Assembly (NCBI GenBank): GCA_041640655.1
Contig: JBEPZV010000048.1
Coordinates: 1-17,731 of the forward strand
DNA length: 17,731 bases
From: a bacterium
GTDB taxonomy: Bacteria > Acidobacteriota > Blastocatellia > HR10
Reading direction: 5' to 3'
The notes beneath the pieces are model-generated. The model was not told where the DNA came from and ran no database searches. It was given only the letters and a program-made list of their open reading frames with translations. The translations under genes and the position numbers were made by a program. Shown here piece by piece: positions 15,588-17,731 of the stretch. Position 1 is the stretch's first letter, and the number at the start of each line of letters is the position of its first letter.

Positions 15588-16600
15588 TGCGCCTGGCCGT
15601 CTTGACTCGTTCTGTTGATGCGCCGAGCCATCGCGTATATCGGGAGAACCTTGTCTCGGCATTCTCGGCCGTGGGGATCGAGGTGGTGCCTTTCAAGCGA
15701 AGGGGACCGATCCCTCGCGGATGCGATGTCGTGTGGGATCCCGGTCTTGGCCTGCGCCCGATCCCTCCCGTCTTGCGGGGGAGCCCCATTCCCGTCGTCG
15801 TGACGTTTCACGGTGCGCGCATCTTCTCCCCGATGTACAGCGCGAGGGGGGAGTGGGCGCTTGCCCGCTTATACCACCCGTGGTTGAAGAGGAACCTGCT
15901 GCGAGACCGAGCCTGGCTTCGCGAGATCGTGGCGGCTGTCATCGTGCCCTCACAGTTTGCCGCGCAGGAGGCGGCCGAGGTCCTCCGTGTCCCGCCGGAG
16001 AAAGTCCACGTTGTCCCACACGGTGTGGATCACGGGATCTTCACGCCGGATGGCGACAGTCTCGTGCGCGAGCGCCCGTATCTGCTGCACATCTATGGGC
16101 GGAATCCGATGAAGAACACCGAGCGGGTCATCGCCGCGTATGCTCGTTTGCCGGAAGCGTCGCGTCCCGATCTGGTGGTGATCTCTCCCTGGGATTGGTT
16201 CGTGCCTCGGGTTCGGGGAGTGCTCGTTATCCGTCGTCTCCTCTCGCAGGGCGAACTGGCCGGGTGGTATCGCGGGGCCGTGGGACTCGTCGCCCCTTCC
16301 TTGCGCGAGACGTTCGGGCTCACGCTGTTGGAAGCTATGGCCTGCGGCTGTCCCGTGATCACCTCCGATCGCACGGGCTGCGCGGAAGTCGTGGGGGAGG
16401 CGGCTGTGCTCGTCAATCCCTATTCGGTCGAGGAGATCGCCCGGGCCATGCAGCGGGTGATCGAGGATGGCGCCCTGCGCGAGCGTTTGCGCGAGCAAGG
16501 GCTGATTCGAGCAGGCGCCTTCAGTTGGACCCGCTCCGCCGCCGCGCACAAGCAGGTGTTTTCCACCGTCATGACCGAAGCGCGCTCGCCCTGCTTGTGA
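15587..16600 (+). CDS. Family 4 (retaining, GT-B) glycosyltransferase, about 337 aa
   Basis: VVVTFHG, IVPSQF, VVPHGVD, EX7E motif PSLRETFGLTLLEAMACGCPVITS, FSW. Start moved to ATG 15587 (TGATG overlap); in-frame GTG 15584 is also possible. Confidence 0.9.
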   Translation: MRLAVLTRSVDAPSHRVYRENLVSAFSAVGIEVVPFKRRGPIPRGCDVVWDPGLGLRPIPPVLRGSPIPVVVTFHGARIFSPMYSARGEWALARLYHPWLKRNLLRDRAWLREIVAAVIVPSQFAAQEAAEVLRVPPEKVHVVPHGVDHGIFTPDGDSLVRERPYLLHIYGRNPMKNTERVIAAYARLPEASRPDLVVISPWDWFVPRVRGVLVIRRLLSQGELAGWYRGAVGLVAPSLRETFGLTLLEAMACGCPVITSDRTGCAEVVGEAAVLVNPYSVEEIARAMQRVIEDGALRERLREQGLIRAGAFSWTRSAAAHKQVFSTVMTEARSPCL

Positions 16601-16658
16601 TCGCTCCCGCCGCCAGCGCGCGATCCCTCGTGAGGTTCCTTTTCCCCCCCGCGCGCGA

Positions 16659-16664
16659 TACAAT
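16659..16664 (+). promoter_or_regulatory. Possible -10 element for ychF
   Basis: TACAAT 38 nt before the ychF start; the -35 position (TTCCTT) is a weak match. Confidence 0.35.
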
Positions 16665-16702
16665 GAATCCCGTGCAGATGCCGAACGAGGGGGTATGAGA
16701 CC

Positions 16703-17731
16703 TTGTTGCGCGTAGGGATCATCGGGTTGCCGAACGTCGGGAAGTCCACGCTCTTCAATGCCCTCTTGCGCGGGCATGTGGCCGAGGTCGCCCCGTACCC
16801 CTTCTCGACGGTGGATCGCAATGTGGGGATCATCGCCGTGCCAGATGAGCGGCTCGCGCCACTGGCGCGCGTCTATCGGGCATCGGTGATCGTCCCGGCG
16901 ACGATCGAGGTCGTGGACATCGCCGGGCTCGTGCGCGGTGCGCATCGCGGCGAGGGGTTGGGGAATCAGTTCCTCGCGCACATCCGTGAGATGGACGCTC
17001 TGGTTGAAGTCGTGCGGTGTTTCGAGGCCGGGAGCATCGCGCACGTGGAGGGGACGCTCGATCCCATTCGCGATATGGAGACCATCGAGATGGAGTTAGC
17101 ATTGGCGGATCTGGCGACCGTGGAACGGCGGAAGGAGAAGGCGCTGCGGCAGGCGAAGGTCGGAGACAAGACGGCGGCGCTGGAGCTCTCGATCCTGGAG
17201 AAGCTCGAAGCGGCGCTGAATGCCGGAATTCCCGTGCGCCGGCTGTCGCTCTCTGAGGGTGAATGCGCTCTGGTTCGGCAGCTTTTCCTGCTCACGGCCA
17301 AACCGAAGATTTACGCCGTGAACGTGAGCGAGGGGGATCTCGGGCGCGAGACCCCGTGCATCATGCGCGTGCGCGAGCGGGCGCGGACTTGGGAGACAGA
17401 GGTGGTCGTCCTCTGCGCGCAATTGGAGGCGGAGCTGGCCGATCTCAGCGAGGAGGAAGCGGCCGAATACCTGGCCAGCCTTGGCGTGACGAGCACGGGT
17501 GTGCGCGAGCTGATTCGGGCGGCCTATCGGCAGCTCGGGCTCATCACCTTCTTCACCGGCAATGAGAAGGAGGTGCGCGCGTGGGCCGTGAAGGAAGGGA
17601 CGAAAGCGCCGCAAGCGGCCGGGCTCATTCACTCCGATTTCGAGCGTGGGTTCATCGCCGCCGAAGTGATCTCGTTCACGGATCTCATCGCCGCTGGCTC
17701 CGTGGCCAAGGCGCGCGAGCATGGCCTGATT
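16703..17731 (+). CDS. ychF: Ribosome-binding ATPase YchF (Obg family), 3' end runs out of the window
   Basis: Manual translation from TTG 16703: [21 protein letters not shown]...YPFST...VPDERL...[26 protein letters not shown]...VVRCF...HVEG...LLTAKP...[14 protein letters not shown]...[25 protein letters not shown] at 16687-16694. Not in the ORF track. Confidence 0.97.
   Translation, partial: MLRVGIIGLPNVGKSTLFNALLRGHVAEVAPYPFSTVDRNVGIIAVPDERLAPLARVYRASVIVPATIEVVDIAGLVRGAHRGEGLGNQFLAHIREMDALVEVVRCFEAGSIAHVEGTLDPIRDMETIEMELALADLATVERRKEKALRQAKVGDKTAALELSILEKLEAALNAGIPVRRLSLSEGECALVRQLFLLTAKPKIYAVNVSEGDLGRETPCIMRVRERARTWETEVVVLCAQLEAELADLSEEEAAEYLASLGVTSTGVRELIRAAYRQLGLITFFTGNEKEVRAWAVKEGTKAPQAAGLIHSDFERGFIAAEVISFTDLIAAGSVAKAREHGLI

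Noticed and set aside
8858..16600. Standard O-antigen, capsule or EPS locus, or a carotenoid/hopanoid cluster
   Set aside because: No flippase, polymerase, ABC exporter, priming transferase, or crt/hpn backbone genes in the window. Not fully excluded, since such genes could lie elsewhere in the genome.
13520..17722. Long alternative ORFs 13520..14941 (-), 15721..16698 (+), 15950..17044 (-), 17096..17722 (-)
   Set aside because: Overlap well-supported GT2, sulfotransferase, GT4 and ychF frames and have no motifs.

Overview
GC-rich bacterial chromosomal window in three parts. (1) 1-6123, housekeeping: the 5' part of a LarE-family PP-loop sulfur transferase on the minus strand (absent from the ORF track), a divergent dacB/PBP4, and the translation cluster rplM-rpsI-rpsB-tsf-pyrH-frr with a structured rpsB leader and an intrinsic terminator between tsf and pyrH. 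(2) 6137-7279, minus strand: a stand-alone Clp/Hsp100 ATPase made only of the second (D2) AAA+ module, which keeps an IGF ClpP-docking-type loop. (3) 7710-16600, plus strand: a nine-gene accessory cluster encoding a divergent FabH/KAS III-like enzyme, four glycosyltransferases (GT1 resembling mycobacterial phenolic-glycolipid enzymes, a CrtQ/HpnB-like membrane GT2, a soluble GT2, a GT4), two SAM methyltransferases and two PAPS sulfotransferases; the last eight genes overlap or abut, and no flippase, polymerase, ACP or sugar-nucleotide gene is present. This cluster is the best candidate for an undescribed system: a pathway for a methylated, sulfated glycolipid or glycoside. The window ends inside ychF (also absent from the ORF track). 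Gene order, short EF-Ts and the single-module Clp would fit an Acidobacteriota-like organism, but that is unverified inference. All family calls come from motif reading and recall, not database searches. No rRNA, tRNA, CRISPR array or mobile element was seen.
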